A DNA stretch of 64,000 nt from Desulfatiglandales bacterium (lineage in GTDB: Bacteria > Desulfobacterota > DSM-4660 > Desulfatiglandales > Desulfatiglandaceae), in contig OY762721.1 of assembly GCA_963666345.1 (NCBI GenBank), forward strand, positions 2,112,001 to 2,176,000, given 5' to 3'. Below are positions 1 to 9,766 of the stretch, one piece after another. Each line of letters opens with the position of its first letter. Position 1 is the stretch's first letter. A program made the translations under genes and the position numbers. Under the pieces are notes generated by a model. The model was not told the origin of the DNA, did no database searches, and saw nothing but the letters and a program-made list of their open reading frames with translations.

Positions 1-27
1 CCTCCGGTCCCTTACTGAAATGATTTC

Positions 28-43
28 AGCAAAAACCGTGCCT
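28..43 (-). promoter_or_regulatory. sigma54 (-24/-12) promoter for a gene left of the window
   Basis: Minus strand reads AGGCACGGTTTTTGCT, matching TGGCAC-N5-TTGC; GGAGG lies downstream at 1-5; IHF-like ATTCAAAGTGTTA at 85-97. Confidence 0.7.
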
Positions 44-245
44 CAAAGATAACAGACATGGCCGTATCGACAAATTACAATAAAATTCAAAGTGTTACCA
101 GCAAAACACAAAAAGGCTGGCCTGTTCGACCTGGTCGATTTATCTGTAAATTAAATTGTCAATCGTAAAGTTTTTTAACAGTCTAAAAATCATTTCCCTG
201 GCCGCAAGATCCCTGATATGGTAGCAAAAAAATTAACTCAATGAT

Positions 246-1649
246 ATGGATAAAAACATGAAAATAGGCAAGGGGCAGACAGTAGAACTCGAGATAGAAG
301 CATTGGCCTTCGGAGGCGAGGGGATCGCACGAATAGACCGGTTTGTCGTATTTGTAAAAGGCGCCGTTCCGGGAGACATCGTCAGGGCAACCATTTTCAA
401 GAAAAGAAAGGCCTATGCCCAAGCCAGGATGGAAGAAATCATCTCCCCTTCAAGTGACAGGACAGAACCGCCCTGCCCGTACAGCGGCTACTGCGGAGGC
501 TGCCAGCTTCAGCATGTCAAATATGACAGGCAACTTTTCTATAAAAGGAATCATGTCATAGAGGCATTTTCACATATCGCGGACATAAAGGACGTACTGG
601 TGAGGGAAGCAATGCCCTCCCAGCTCAAGATGGGATACAGAAACAAGATGGAATTTTCTTTTTCAGACAGGAGATGGTTCCTTCCCGGCGAGATGCACCG
701 GAAGGTGAACTCAGAGCCGTTCGCACTCGGTCTCCATGTGCCTGGAACATTTAACAAGGTTATTGACATTGATGCCTGTCTGCTCCAACAGGAAACGGGA
801 AACAGAATTCTCAGGAAGGTCAAGGAATACGCTAAAGAATCAGCAGAAGCGGCCTACGGCATAAAAAGCCATCAGGGGTTCTGGCGCTTCCTTATGATAC
901 GCAGCTCCAGGGCATTTGATGAATGGATGATAAATCTGGTTACATCCGAAGAAAAAACATCCCTTTTGATGCCGCTGGCGGAATCACTGATAGATTCCGA
1001 ACCCGACATCAAGACGGTTGTAAACAACATAACAAATAAAAAGGCCTCCGTTGCCGTTGGCGAAAGAGAGGTTGCGCTGTTTGGAAACGGGTATATAGAA
1101 GATATGATCGGAGCGCGTACCTTTCAGGTATCTGCGAATTCTTTTTTTCAGACAAATCCTCTTTCCGCTTGCCGGTTGTATGAAAAGGTAGTTGAGTTCG
1201 CAGCCCCTAAAGGTAATGAAAAGGTCCTAGACCTTTACAGCGGCACAGGCACCATTCCTATCTTCCTTTCCGACAGGGTCTCCTCTGTTACCGGAATCGA
1301 GATCAGTGAAAGCGCGGTGATGGATGCAAGAAAAAACTGCGTTCACAACGGGATAGACAACTGCAATTTTATCTGCGGAGACATAAGGAAGGTGCTTTCG
1401 GAATTGAAGGTTCCTCCTGACGTCATGGTCATAGACCCCCCCAGGGCAGGTATGCATAAAGACGTGCTCGGCAAAGTCATCGAAATGGCGCCTGAAAGGA
1501 TAGTCTACGTATCCTGCAATCCGGCCACCATGGCAAGAGACATATCCAGCATGATTTTCAGATATAAAGTTGAGGAAATACAGCCGGTGGACATGTTTCC
1601 GCACACATACCACATCGAGTCAGTGGCAAGACTTTCAATCCGCAGATAA
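246..1649 (+). CDS. rlmD: 23S rRNA (uracil-C5) methyltransferase RlmD/RumA
   Basis: N-terminal TRAM domain, CPYSGYCGGC Fe-S motif, SFFQTN, DLYSGTGT, DPPRAG, YVSCNP, DMFPHTYHIE. Confidence 0.93.
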   Translation: MDKNMKIGKGQTVELEIEALAFGGEGIARIDRFVVFVKGAVPGDIVRATIFKKRKAYAQARMEEIISPSSDRTEPPCPYSGYCGGCQLQHVKYDRQLFYKRNHVIEAFSHIADIKDVLVREAMPSQLKMGYRNKMEFSFSDRRWFLPGEMHRKVNSEPFALGLHVPGTFNKVIDIDACLLQQETGNRILRKVKEYAKESAEAAYGIKSHQGFWRFLMIRSSRAFDEWMINLVTSEEKTSLLMPLAESLIDSEPDIKTVVNNITNKKASVAVGEREVALFGNGYIEDMIGARTFQVSANSFFQTNPLSACRLYEKVVEFAAPKGNEKVLDLYSGTGTIPIFLSDRVSSVTGIEISESAVMDARKNCVHNGIDNCNFICGDIRKVLSELKVPPDVMVIDPPRAGMHKDVLGKVIEMAPERIVYVSCNPATMARDISSMIFRYKVEEIQPVDMFPHTYHIESVARLSIRR

Positions 1650-1665
1650 GGCGGTAAAAAATGAT

Positions 1666-1693
1666 TTGACAAAATCGATGCAAAGGATATACT
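1666..1693 (+). promoter_or_regulatory. sigma70 promoter
   Basis: TTGACA-16 bp-TATACT. Confidence 0.7.
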
Positions 1694-1963
1694 TCCTTGT
1701 CTATTATTAGACCTCGGGAGAGAGAAATCGTTCTTCCTAAGGATTTCGGTTTTCGGCAAAGGGGGTGATCATATTGTTCAGATTACATATGAAAAGATTC
1801 AGCGCTCAAGGACCGCTCAGGGTCTTGACGCAGTACCGCCCCATAGCCGTTGAGAGCCCCCGGTCCTTCTTTGGGAAGACGAGATAAGGAAACAATATGC
1901 CCGATTTGAGCTAAAAAGACATGGCATACTGAACAGGCCACGGCCTGATTTTGAAGGAACGGA

Positions 1964-1999
1964 AGGCATCTCAAAAGCTGTTTTTGAGGTGCTTTTTTT
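1964..1999 (+). terminator. intrinsic terminator just upstream of rpsU
   Basis: GCATCTCAAAA-loop-TTTTGAGGTGC hairpin followed by a T run. Confidence 0.65.
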
Positions 2000-2026
2000 A
2001 ATTTTAGGAACGAGGTAAAAAAAAAC

Positions 2027-2212
2027 ATGAAAGTAATTGTTCGTGACAATCAGATTGAAAAGGCCATAAAAGACCTTAAGAGAAAGCTTACCAAAGAAGG
2101 TTTTTTTTCGGAAATAAAGGAAAGACGCTTTTATGACAAACCGAGCGTAGCAAAGAAGAAAAAGCAGGCAAAAGCGGCAAAAAGGCGAAGAAAAAGGATG
2201 AGAAGGTTCTAA
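2027..2212 (+). CDS. rpsU: 30S ribosomal protein bS21
   Basis: V-RDNQIEKAI..LKRK, FYDKPS, basic C-terminus; GAGGT RBS. Confidence 0.93.
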   Translation: MKVIVRDNQIEKAIKDLKRKLTKEGFFSEIKERRFYDKPSVAKKKKQAKAAKRRRKRMRRF

Positions 2213-2250
2213 GGCCTTTCCTCTTATATTAGCCCCTCCCACTAACCTCA

Positions 2251-2284
2251 TCAGGCCCCTTCAATCCAAGGGGGCCTGAGTTTT
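2251..2284 (+). terminator. intrinsic terminator after rpsU
   Basis: TCAGGCCCCT-loop-GGGGGCCTGA followed by GTTTT. Confidence 0.7.
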
Positions 2285-2369
2285 CAAAAGCCTGGCAACA
2301 GCAGTTAAACAGTGCGTAAAGTGCTAACTTTTTTACCCGATTACCGGGAGTTCTAAAGGGGTTTTACCC

Positions 2370-2398
2370 TTGACAAAAAAAGGGTTTGCAGGTAAATA
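2370..2398 (+). promoter_or_regulatory. sigma70 promoter of the qrc operon
   Basis: TTGACA-17 bp-TAAATA. Confidence 0.55.
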
Positions 2399-2448
2399 CG
2401 CAACAACTGTCTGGCAGAGAAAGTATCAACCTTAATTACAAAAGCTAG

Positions 2449-3195
2449 ATGAGGCCGGTTACGATGAAAAATTCAAAAAATGCCTCTTTTGAATCTCTTA
2501 AGGAGGAATGGAGAGACTTCTTTTCCAAATATCTTCCCTCTTGGCTCGACATTGACCGATTGGCAGGAATATTTAAGGGAGGAGCCTTTTTCCTTGTTGG
2601 TTTGATCGGAGCACTGATAATCGGATGGTTTGTTTTCCCAATAGCACTATACTCCGAGCAGGAACAGCCGATGAATTTCAATCACGCCGTACATCTGGAC
2701 CCTGAGAAGGTGGATGGGATTGTCGGTGATTCAAAGGAAGACAAATGCCTCTTCTGTCACAGCTTCAGGGAAGACGGTTCATTTTCAGGTATTCCCAGGC
2801 TTGAAGACTGTATGATGTGCCACGATGACCCGGAATATCCATATGGACAATCAAAGGAAGAAAAGGCCTTTCTGGCAAATTTTGTTGCCGAGGAAAAGGA
2901 GATCCCATGGCTCTCTTATTACCGGCAACCTGACTGCGTCTATTTTTCTCACATTGCGCATGTAAAAATGGGTAAGCTGGAATGCCTGACCTGCCACGGT
3001 GACCACGGAACCCGGCAGAGGCTTCCCATGTATAAAGCCAACCGCCTGACAGGATACAGCATGAATATCTGGGGAAAACGCATCTCCGGTATGAAAGAAA
3101 ATACCTGGGATCGCATGAAGATGGATGACTGCGCCGAATGTCATACCCGGATGGGGCATGAAGAAAACAATGCCTGTTTTGTCTGCCACAAATAA
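2449..3195 (+). CDS. qrcA: membrane-anchored pentaheme cytochrome c, Qrc subunit A
   Basis: One TM helix and five CxxCH motifs (CLFCH, CMMCH, CLTCH, CAECH, CFVCH); first gene of a qrcABCD-like cluster. Confidence 0.88.
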   Translation: MRPVTMKNSKNASFESLKEEWRDFFSKYLPSWLDIDRLAGIFKGGAFFLVGLIGALIIGWFVFPIALYSEQEQPMNFNHAVHLDPEKVDGIVGDSKEDKCLFCHSFREDGSFSGIPRLEDCMMCHDDPEYPYGQSKEEKAFLANFVAEEKEIPWLSYYRQPDCVYFSHIAHVKMGKLECLTCHGDHGTRQRLPMYKANRLTGYSMNIWGKRISGMKENTWDRMKMDDCAECHTRMGHEENNACFVCHK

Positions 3196-3206
3196 GGGGA
3201 ACAACG

Positions 3207-5594
3207 ATGAAAATAGATAGAAGAAACTTCATTCAACTTATGGTGGGAGGTGTGGCAGGGCTTCACCTAACGCCTCTTCCCTGGAAACTGACCGACGACA
3301 TCGCTATCTGGACCCAGAACTGGCCATGGGTCCCTGTTCCTCACGCTGGAAGGTTCAATCACGCCAAAACGATCTGCAATCTCTGCCCTGGAGGCTGTGG
3401 AATTGAAGTCAGAAAGGTTGATTCCCGCGCGGTAAAGATAGAAGGTCGTACTGACTTTCCCGTTAATCCGGGTGGCCTGTGCCCTGTTGGCATGGGCGGA
3501 CTTCAGCTTCTGTACAACGAAAGTATAAGATTTCCCCATCCGATGAAGAGAGTGGGACCAAGAGGAGCGGGTAAATTTCAGAATATCACATGGGACGAGG
3601 CGCTTCAGACCCTTGCAGGGCATATGGCTCAACTGAGAAGTGAGGGCGGGGCCGAAAGGCTTGCTGCTGTCGACGGAAATCCTCGGCACTCGACCATGGC
3701 CCTTATGGTGGCTCGCCTGTTAGAGGCCCTTGGCAGCCCCAATTACCTTAGGATTCCTACCTCGGAAGATACCAACCGGATTGCCGCCCATCTGATGATG
3801 GGAAGCGATTGGCCCGTATCATATGATCTTGAAAACTCCGACTTTGTTCTCAGCTTCGGATGTGGCCTCCTTGAGGGTTGGGGAGCACCCGGAAGGGTCC
3901 TCAATGCCTGGGGCATCTGGAGATCTCAATCAAACAACAATGCAAAAATAGTCCAGATCGAATCAAGGGCATCCAACACGGCATCAAAGGCGGACCGCTG
4001 GATAGCTCCCATACCAGGCACGGAAACGGCTCTTGCGCTCGGCATGGCACATGTAATCGTCAAGGAAGGACTTTACAGCAGAAAATTCGTGGATGACATG
4101 TCAACCGGGTTTTATGACTCATCTGGCAAGGGATTCAAGGAACTGGTTCTTTCGGAATACTCCCCCGCAAGGGTAAGCGACATAACAGGCTTAAATGCCA
4201 AGGAAATAACCGGGCTAGCCAGATCATTTGCAGGGGCAAAGGCCCCGGTGGCCCTGTGTGGAAAGGGAAAGGGCGCCCTTTCAGGAGATGTCTACGAATA
4301 CATGGCGATACTGGCCCTTAACGCACTGGTGGGAAATATCAACAAGCCTGGAGGGGTTATCGTAAATAATCCTCTGCCTCTTTCCCCGCTGCCCCCGGTA
4401 ACAAAGGATGACACCGCTCTTAACGGGTTAAAGAACAAGAGGCTTGACAGGGCGGGAACAAAGGAAAATCCCTTTACACCCAGTCTGATAAACAACCTGG
4501 CGGAGGCTGTTTTAGGCAGCAAAAATTCACCGGTTGACACCTTGCTGGTTTTTTCCGCAAATCCCGGCTACACCCTTCCTGATGGAGGCGCATTTAAAAA
4601 GGCATTGGAAAAGATCCCCTATATAGTGAGCTTTTCCCCTTACAGGGACGAAACATCTTCAATGGCGGATCTCATACTTCCTGATCATACGTATCTTGAA
4701 AAAAGAGACGATTTCATCTGGCAATCGGCACTCCAGTATCCGATGTACGCCATTTCTTCCCCGGCTGTCAAACCGGTCTATGACACCAGAAATACGGGAG
4801 ACGTAATAATAGAGCTGGCAAGGCTCATCGGTGGCACGGTTGCCGACTCCTTTGACTGGAAACAATACGAAGAGGTACTCGCATATCGGGCCAAGGGGCT
4901 TGCCGATAAAGGCGGGCGGGTAAGTTACAAGGACTCTGATCCTGCCTGGAACTGGCAAAAGACCGGTTCAGGCTCACCTTTTAAATCTTTTGAAGCTATG
5001 TGGAAAAAGGCAAAAGAGTCCGGGTTCTGGTTTAAGCCCCTTGGAGACGAAATTACGAAAGGCAGGCCGGTTTTCAAGACTCCTTCATCAAAATTCGAAT
5101 TCTTAAGCTCCAGACTTGCAAAACAACTTGATCAAAGAAAAAGGGGTGCCGCTCTTCCCCATTATGAAGAGGCACTGCCGGGAAAAAAGGGCGAGGAATA
5201 CCCGTTGAGATTACTCCCCTACGAGATGCTGAACCTGGCAAGCGGCTGGATCGTAACCCCGCCCTTCCTTACCAAGACATTACTTGATACCCAGCTTAAA
5301 AAAGACGAATCCTTTGTCGAGATTAACCCTGAGACGGCCGCCAGGTTCAAGCTGAGACAGGATGACAGGGCCAAGCTCACCACCCCTGCCGGAAAGGCCG
5401 TAGTCAGGGTCAACCTTTTCGAAGGGGCCATGCCGGGCGTTGTTTACATGCCCCTAGGAATGGGTCACAGCGCCTATGACGAATTCATGAAAAATAAAGG
5501 GGTCAATGCAAACGAACTGATAGCCCCCGGCAAGGACCCCGTAAGCGGTTATCCGGTCTGGTGGAACACACCTGTAAAAATAAAAAAGGCTTAG
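3207..5594 (+). CDS. qrcB: Tat-exported molybdopterin-oxidoreductase-family Qrc subunit B
   Basis: DRRNF twin-arginine signal, CNLCPGGC..C, ADLILP, C-terminal molybdopterin-dinucleotide-binding-like domain. Confidence 0.87.
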   Translation: MKIDRRNFIQLMVGGVAGLHLTPLPWKLTDDIAIWTQNWPWVPVPHAGRFNHAKTICNLCPGGCGIEVRKVDSRAVKIEGRTDFPVNPGGLCPVGMGGLQLLYNESIRFPHPMKRVGPRGAGKFQNITWDEALQTLAGHMAQLRSEGGAERLAAVDGNPRHSTMALMVARLLEALGSPNYLRIPTSEDTNRIAAHLMMGSDWPVSYDLENSDFVLSFGCGLLEGWGAPGRVLNAWGIWRSQSNNNAKIVQIESRASNTASKADRWIAPIPGTETALALGMAHVIVKEGLYSRKFVDDMSTGFYDSSGKGFKELVLSEYSPARVSDITGLNAKEITGLARSFAGAKAPVALCGKGKGALSGDVYEYMAILALNALVGNINKPGGVIVNNPLPLSPLPPVTKDDTALNGLKNKRLDRAGTKENPFTPSLINNLAEAVLGSKNSPVDTLLVFSANPGYTLPDGGAFKKALEKIPYIVSFSPYRDETSSMADLILPDHTYLEKRDDFIWQSALQYPMYAISSPAVKPVYDTRNTGDVIIELARLIGGTVADSFDWKQYEEVLAYRAKGLADKGGRVSYKDSDPAWNWQKTGSGSPFKSFEAMWKKAKESGFWFKPLGDEITKGRPVFKTPSSKFEFLSSRLAKQLDQRKRGAALPHYEEALPGKKGEEYPLRLLPYEMLNLASGWIVTPPFLTKTLLDTQLKKDESFVEINPETAARFKLRQDDRAKLTTPAGKAVVRVNLFEGAMPGVVYMPLGMGHSAYDEFMKNKGVNANELIAPGKDPVSGYPVWWNTPVKIKKA

Positions 5595-5608
5595 ACACGA
5601 GGTAGATC

Positions 5609-6397
5609 ATGAAAGAAAAACCTGGCCACGACAACAGCTACGGCATGGTTATTGACTTGGATAAATGCACCGGCTGTGGAACATGCATGGTTGCCTGTGC
5701 GGCTGAAAACAATCTTTCCGTAAGGCCTGATGAATCGGACAAGCAGCGCAGCATTACCTGGATGCGTCTTTATAAGATCACCAATGGTAAAAAATTCCCG
5801 GATACCGAGGTCTGCTATTTCCCAAGACCCTGCATGCAGTGCTCTCACCACACGCCCTGTGTCAGTGTATGCCCGGCCACAGCCACAAAAATCGACTATC
5901 ACACAGGTATTGTAAGCCAGATATATACACGTTGCATAGGGTGCAGATACTGCATTGCGGCCTGCCCTTATCATGCCAGGACCTTTAACTGGTGGGACGG
6001 CTATTTTCCAAAGGAAAAGGGTATGGACAGATATCTCTCGCCCGAGGTGTCGCCCAGGATGAGAGGAGTGGTGGAAAAATGCACATTCTGTCATCACCGT
6101 CTGATGAGGGCACATAACAAGGCCTATTCGCAAGGGCGCAGAGAACTGAGAGAAGATGAATATATCACGGCCTGCGCCGAGGCATGTCCGGTCCAGGCAA
6201 TAACGTTCGGAGATCTTGATAACCCTGAGCACAAGGTGTCCAAATTGAGCAAAAGCCCCAGGGCCTTCAGATTGCTTGAAAGGCTTGGAACCGAACCAAA
6301 GGTATATTACCTCTCCTCAAAGGACTGGGTAAGAAAGATGGGTGACAATTACCTGCCGGGAGAATACAAACCCATACATCATGTAAAGGCGGGCTAG
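5609..6397 (+). CDS. qrcC: NrfC/DmsB-type Fe-S subunit QrcC
   Basis: IDLDKCTGCGTC, CMQC..PCVSVCP, CIGCRYCIAACPY, EKCTFC, ACAEACP. Confidence 0.88.
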   Translation: MKEKPGHDNSYGMVIDLDKCTGCGTCMVACAAENNLSVRPDESDKQRSITWMRLYKITNGKKFPDTEVCYFPRPCMQCSHHTPCVSVCPATATKIDYHTGIVSQIYTRCIGCRYCIAACPYHARTFNWWDGYFPKEKGMDRYLSPEVSPRMRGVVEKCTFCHHRLMRAHNKAYSQGRRELREDEYITACAEACPVQAITFGDLDNPEHKVSKLSKSPRAFRLLERLGTEPKVYYLSSKDWVRKMGDNYLPGEYKPIHHVKAG

Positions 6398-6431
6398 ATA
6401 TGGACAGGATCATTCAGGAGGGAAAAAGATA

Positions 6432-7670
6432 ATGGACTCGGCACTGTTTCCTGAAAAGGTTAAAAGATGTTCACCAAAGGTGTTTCTCATATGGACCCTG
6501 CCATGGCTCGCGCTCCTTGCATGGGGAGGCATATCTGCTGCGCTTTGTCTCTTAAAGGGCCTCAACCAGACCAACATGAGCGACTATTTTGCGTTCGCCC
6601 TCTGGATAGTCTTTGACCTGGCGATTATTGCACTGGGTGCAGGGGCCTTCTTCACAGGATTTCTCACCTACATAATCGGTAAAAAGGAATTGAAAGACAT
6701 AATCAACGCTGCCGTAATTATCGGTTTTATCTGCTATTCCGGCGCAGTGGCCATGCTCGGTATTGATATAGGCCAGCCGATTCGAGGGTGGTTCATCTTC
6801 TGGCATGTCAATGTCCACTCAATGCTTGCCGAGGTGTCATTTTGTATCACATGCTACCTGGCGGTTCTGGCCATAGAATACATCCCTCTGATCCTTGAAA
6901 ACAGGCAGATAAGCAGGGTGAAAGGACTCAGGCTCGCAGGTCACAACCTGCACGGTATAATGGCCGTGTTTGCCGGAACAGGAACCTTTCTCTCGTTTTT
7001 TCACCAAGGCTCCCTCGGTGGTCTCTACGGCGTAATGTACGCAAGACCCTTTGCCTTCAGGGAAGGATTTTATGTCTGGCCCTGGACCTTTTTCCTGTTT
7101 ATCCTCTCCGCAATAGCTGCCGGCCCATGCTTTACCATACTCTGCACCAAGCTTGCCCAGAAGATTACCAAGAAAAAACTGGTGCCTGAAAAGGCCTTTC
7201 AAACCCTTGCAAAGATTTCAGGCTGGCTGCTCGGTCTTTACATGGTTCTCAAGATCGCCGATAACCTCGGCTGGATGTACGGGGTTGTTCCGAAAGCGGG
7301 ACTCACCTTCATGGATTTCTACAAACAAGGGCCTTACGGAGTATGGCTCATAGTCTTTGAAATAATCATATGCGGCATCGTTCCCGCCGTCATCCTGCTC
7401 ACGCCTAAGGCCAGGAAACAGGAAGGATGGCTTATAAGCGCCTGCCTGTTAAACTGCGCAGGCATTGTCCTGAACCGTTTTGTCTTTACCATAGTCACCC
7501 TGGCTGTCCCGGTAATGCCCTTTGATAAATTTTTCAGTTACCTGCCTACCTGGCAGGAATGGGGCATTTCCCTCGCAGTCATAGGATACGGTTTTCTGCT
7601 TTTTTCACTTTCATACAGATATTTGCCCGTATTCCCTAAGGAAACGGAGTTGAATTCGGCTGGCGAATAG
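6432..7670 (+). CDS. qrcD: NrfD/PsrC-family membrane subunit QrcD
   Basis: Many TM helices, DIGQPIR, HQGSLGG, RYLPVF. Confidence 0.88.
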   Translation: MDSALFPEKVKRCSPKVFLIWTLPWLALLAWGGISAALCLLKGLNQTNMSDYFAFALWIVFDLAIIALGAGAFFTGFLTYIIGKKELKDIINAAVIIGFICYSGAVAMLGIDIGQPIRGWFIFWHVNVHSMLAEVSFCITCYLAVLAIEYIPLILENRQISRVKGLRLAGHNLHGIMAVFAGTGTFLSFFHQGSLGGLYGVMYARPFAFREGFYVWPWTFFLFILSAIAAGPCFTILCTKLAQKITKKKLVPEKAFQTLAKISGWLLGLYMVLKIADNLGWMYGVVPKAGLTFMDFYKQGPYGVWLIVFEIIICGIVPAVILLTPKARKQEGWLISACLLNCAGIVLNRFVFTIVTLAVPVMPFDKFFSYLPTWQEWGISLAVIGYGFLLFSLSYRYLPVFPKETELNSAGE

Positions 7671-7764
7671 TTGATGAACAACGCTCAAAAGATGATGCAA
7701 GATTCTTCTGAATAATGTCTTTTGATGATTTGTTTCTGATGCATTAGTAAATGGTCAAGATTGT

Positions 7765-7832
7765 GACGGCAAAGTAAAAAGTTCTTTCTCCTGTCAACGC
7801 AGAGGAAAAGCCTGACTTTTTACAAAAACGTC
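7765..7832. repeat. short inverted-repeat (MITE/REP-like) element
   Basis: GACG..GTAAAAAGT ... ACTTTTTAC..CGTC terminal inverted repeats, similar to the ends of the element at 31361-31554. Confidence 0.6.
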
Positions 7833-7852
7833 CCCATTAAGGAGAAAGGCTG

Positions 7853-8014
7853 ATGTTCCCCTTTATTTTTGAATGGCAATGGCAGGCAGACCATTATATA
7901 TTTCTTGGTCTTCTATATCTGGCTCTGATCATCATAGGAGGCGGGATAACGTTTGTGGGAATCAAAACCGTGCTCCAGATCATGGGTTTCATGAGAGAAA
8001 GGCATTTTCATTAA
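7853..8014 (+). CDS. 53-aa single-TM small membrane protein (not in the ORF track)
   Basis: AAGGAG RBS; translates to MFPFIFEWQWQADHYIFLGLLYLALIIIGGGITFVGIKTVLQIMGFMRERHFH. Confidence 0.8.
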   Translation: MFPFIFEWQWQADHYIFLGLLYLALIIIGGGITFVGIKTVLQIMGFMRERHFH

Positions 8015-8036
8015 AAAGATGCAGCCTCTCTTTCCC

Positions 8037-9653
8037 CTAGATTGACACTAAAGTGTCATGTCGGCGTGAATCTTCATCCTTATCGGGATAATCCAGGTTA
8101 TAGTGAAGGCCGCGGCTCTCCTTTCTAAGAGAGGCACAACTTATTATGAGTTCCGCCACCATGGCCAGATTTCTCAACTCCAGCAGATCACGGGTCACCA
8201 AAAAGTTCCAGTAATATTCCCTTATTTCCCCCTGAATCATTTTGATCCTCTGTTTTGCCCTGGCAAGCCGCTTATTGGTCCTTACGATACCCACGTAATT
8301 CCACATGAAACTCCGGATCTCATCCCAGTTATGTGATACGACTACCATTTCCTCACTGTCCGTGGCCCTTCCGGAGTCCCATTCAGGCGCATCAAAAGTC
8401 AGATCAACGCGTTCCCTGTCAAGTTGAACAGCAGATTTAACAGCGGCACGCCTGGCAAATACAAGGGCCTCAAGCAAGGAATTGCTTGCAAGGCGATTAG
8501 CCCCGTGAAGCCCGGTGCAGGCAACTTCGCCTATCGCATACAGATTTTTGAGGTTGGTGGCGCCATACTCGTCCGTAACCAGACCGCCGCACATATAGTG
8601 GGCCGCAGGAACCACCGGTATGGGCTCCTTTGTTATATCAACATGATATTTCAAGCAGGTACTGTGTATATGCGGAAATTTTTCCTTTATGAAATCCGAA
8701 GACATGTGGCTTAGGTCCAGATAAACACATTCATCTCCGCTTTTCTTAAGCTCCATGTCTATGGACCTGGCCACGATATCTCTCGTGGCCAGGTCCTTGA
8801 GAGGATGGTATCGCTCCATGAAACGATACCCTTTTCTGTCAAGCAGGATTCCCCCTTCACCTCTTACCGCCTCTGAAATCAAAAAATTCTTTGCAAGCGG
8901 GTGGTAGAGACAGGTCGGATGAAATTGCACAAACTCCATATTAGCCACCCTTGCCCCGGCCCTGTAGCCGATCGCCACTCCGTCGCCGGTAGCGATATCC
9001 GGGTTGCTCGTGTAACGGTAAACCTTTCCCGCACCCCCACTGGACAGAACCGTGATCTTTGAAAGAAAGGTAAGGACCTCTTCCGCTTTGGCGTCCAGCA
9101 CATAAGCCCCAAGGCAGGTCTGTCTTGTTTCGCTCGTGCCTATACCCCTTTTTATCATCCTTGAGGATGTAATGAGATCAATGGCCATATGATTTTCATA
9201 GATTGTTATGTTTTTATCCTCCTGTGCCCTTTCAAGGAGGATACGCTCCACTTCCCTTCCGGTAAGGTCTTTTGTATGCACAATTCTGCGCCTTGAGTGC
9301 CCCCCTTCCCTTCCAAGATCGAGACTGACCGGGCCATCTTTTCCCTGAAGCGTGAACGTGACTCCCAACTCAATAAGCTCCCTTATCCGGGCAGGACCCT
9401 CCTTAACGACCAGACTGACAATATTTTCTTTGCACAGCCCGTCACCCGACTCCAGAGTGTCCCGGATGTGGAGATCGAAACTGTCATCAGGGTCAAATAC
9501 AGATGCGATTCCTCCCTGGGCGTAGTTGGTTGAGCCCTCCATCATCTCTTTTTTCGTTACCACCGAGACGGTGCCCGATTTTGCCGCTTCGAGAGCGAAA
9601 CTAAGCCCGGCGATTCCACTTCCTATCACCAGATAATCGCTTTTGATATCCAT
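8037..9653 (-). CDS. nadB: L-aspartate oxidase
   Basis: GSGIAG, YAQGGIA, REGGHS, QFHPT, LISEAVRGEG, GLHGANRLASNSLLE. Confidence 0.95.
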   Translation of the reverse strand: MDIKSDYLVIGSGIAGLSFALEAAKSGTVSVVTKKEMMEGSTNYAQGGIASVFDPDDSFDLHIRDTLESGDGLCKENIVSLVVKEGPARIRELIELGVTFTLQGKDGPVSLDLGREGGHSRRRIVHTKDLTGREVERILLERAQEDKNITIYENHMAIDLITSSRMIKRGIGTSETRQTCLGAYVLDAKAEEVLTFLSKITVLSSGGAGKVYRYTSNPDIATGDGVAIGYRAGARVANMEFVQFHPTCLYHPLAKNFLISEAVRGEGGILLDRKGYRFMERYHPLKDLATRDIVARSIDMELKKSGDECVYLDLSHMSSDFIKEKFPHIHSTCLKYHVDITKEPIPVVPAAHYMCGGLVTDEYGATNLKNLYAIGEVACTGLHGANRLASNSLLEALVFARRAAVKSAVQLDRERVDLTFDAPEWDSGRATDSEEMVVVSHNWDEIRSFMWNYVGIVRTNKRLARAKQRIKMIQGEIREYYWNFLVTRDLLELRNLAMVAELIISCASLRKESRGLHYNLDYPDKDEDSRRHDTLVSI

Positions 9654-9766
9654 TTAACGTTCCTACCTCCATAAATTTATAAGATGAGCCGATTCTATTT
9701 GACAGGTCTCACCCCGGCTATTAGAGTTCTTTGACACAAAAAAACAAAAGGATTTTAGACATATCT

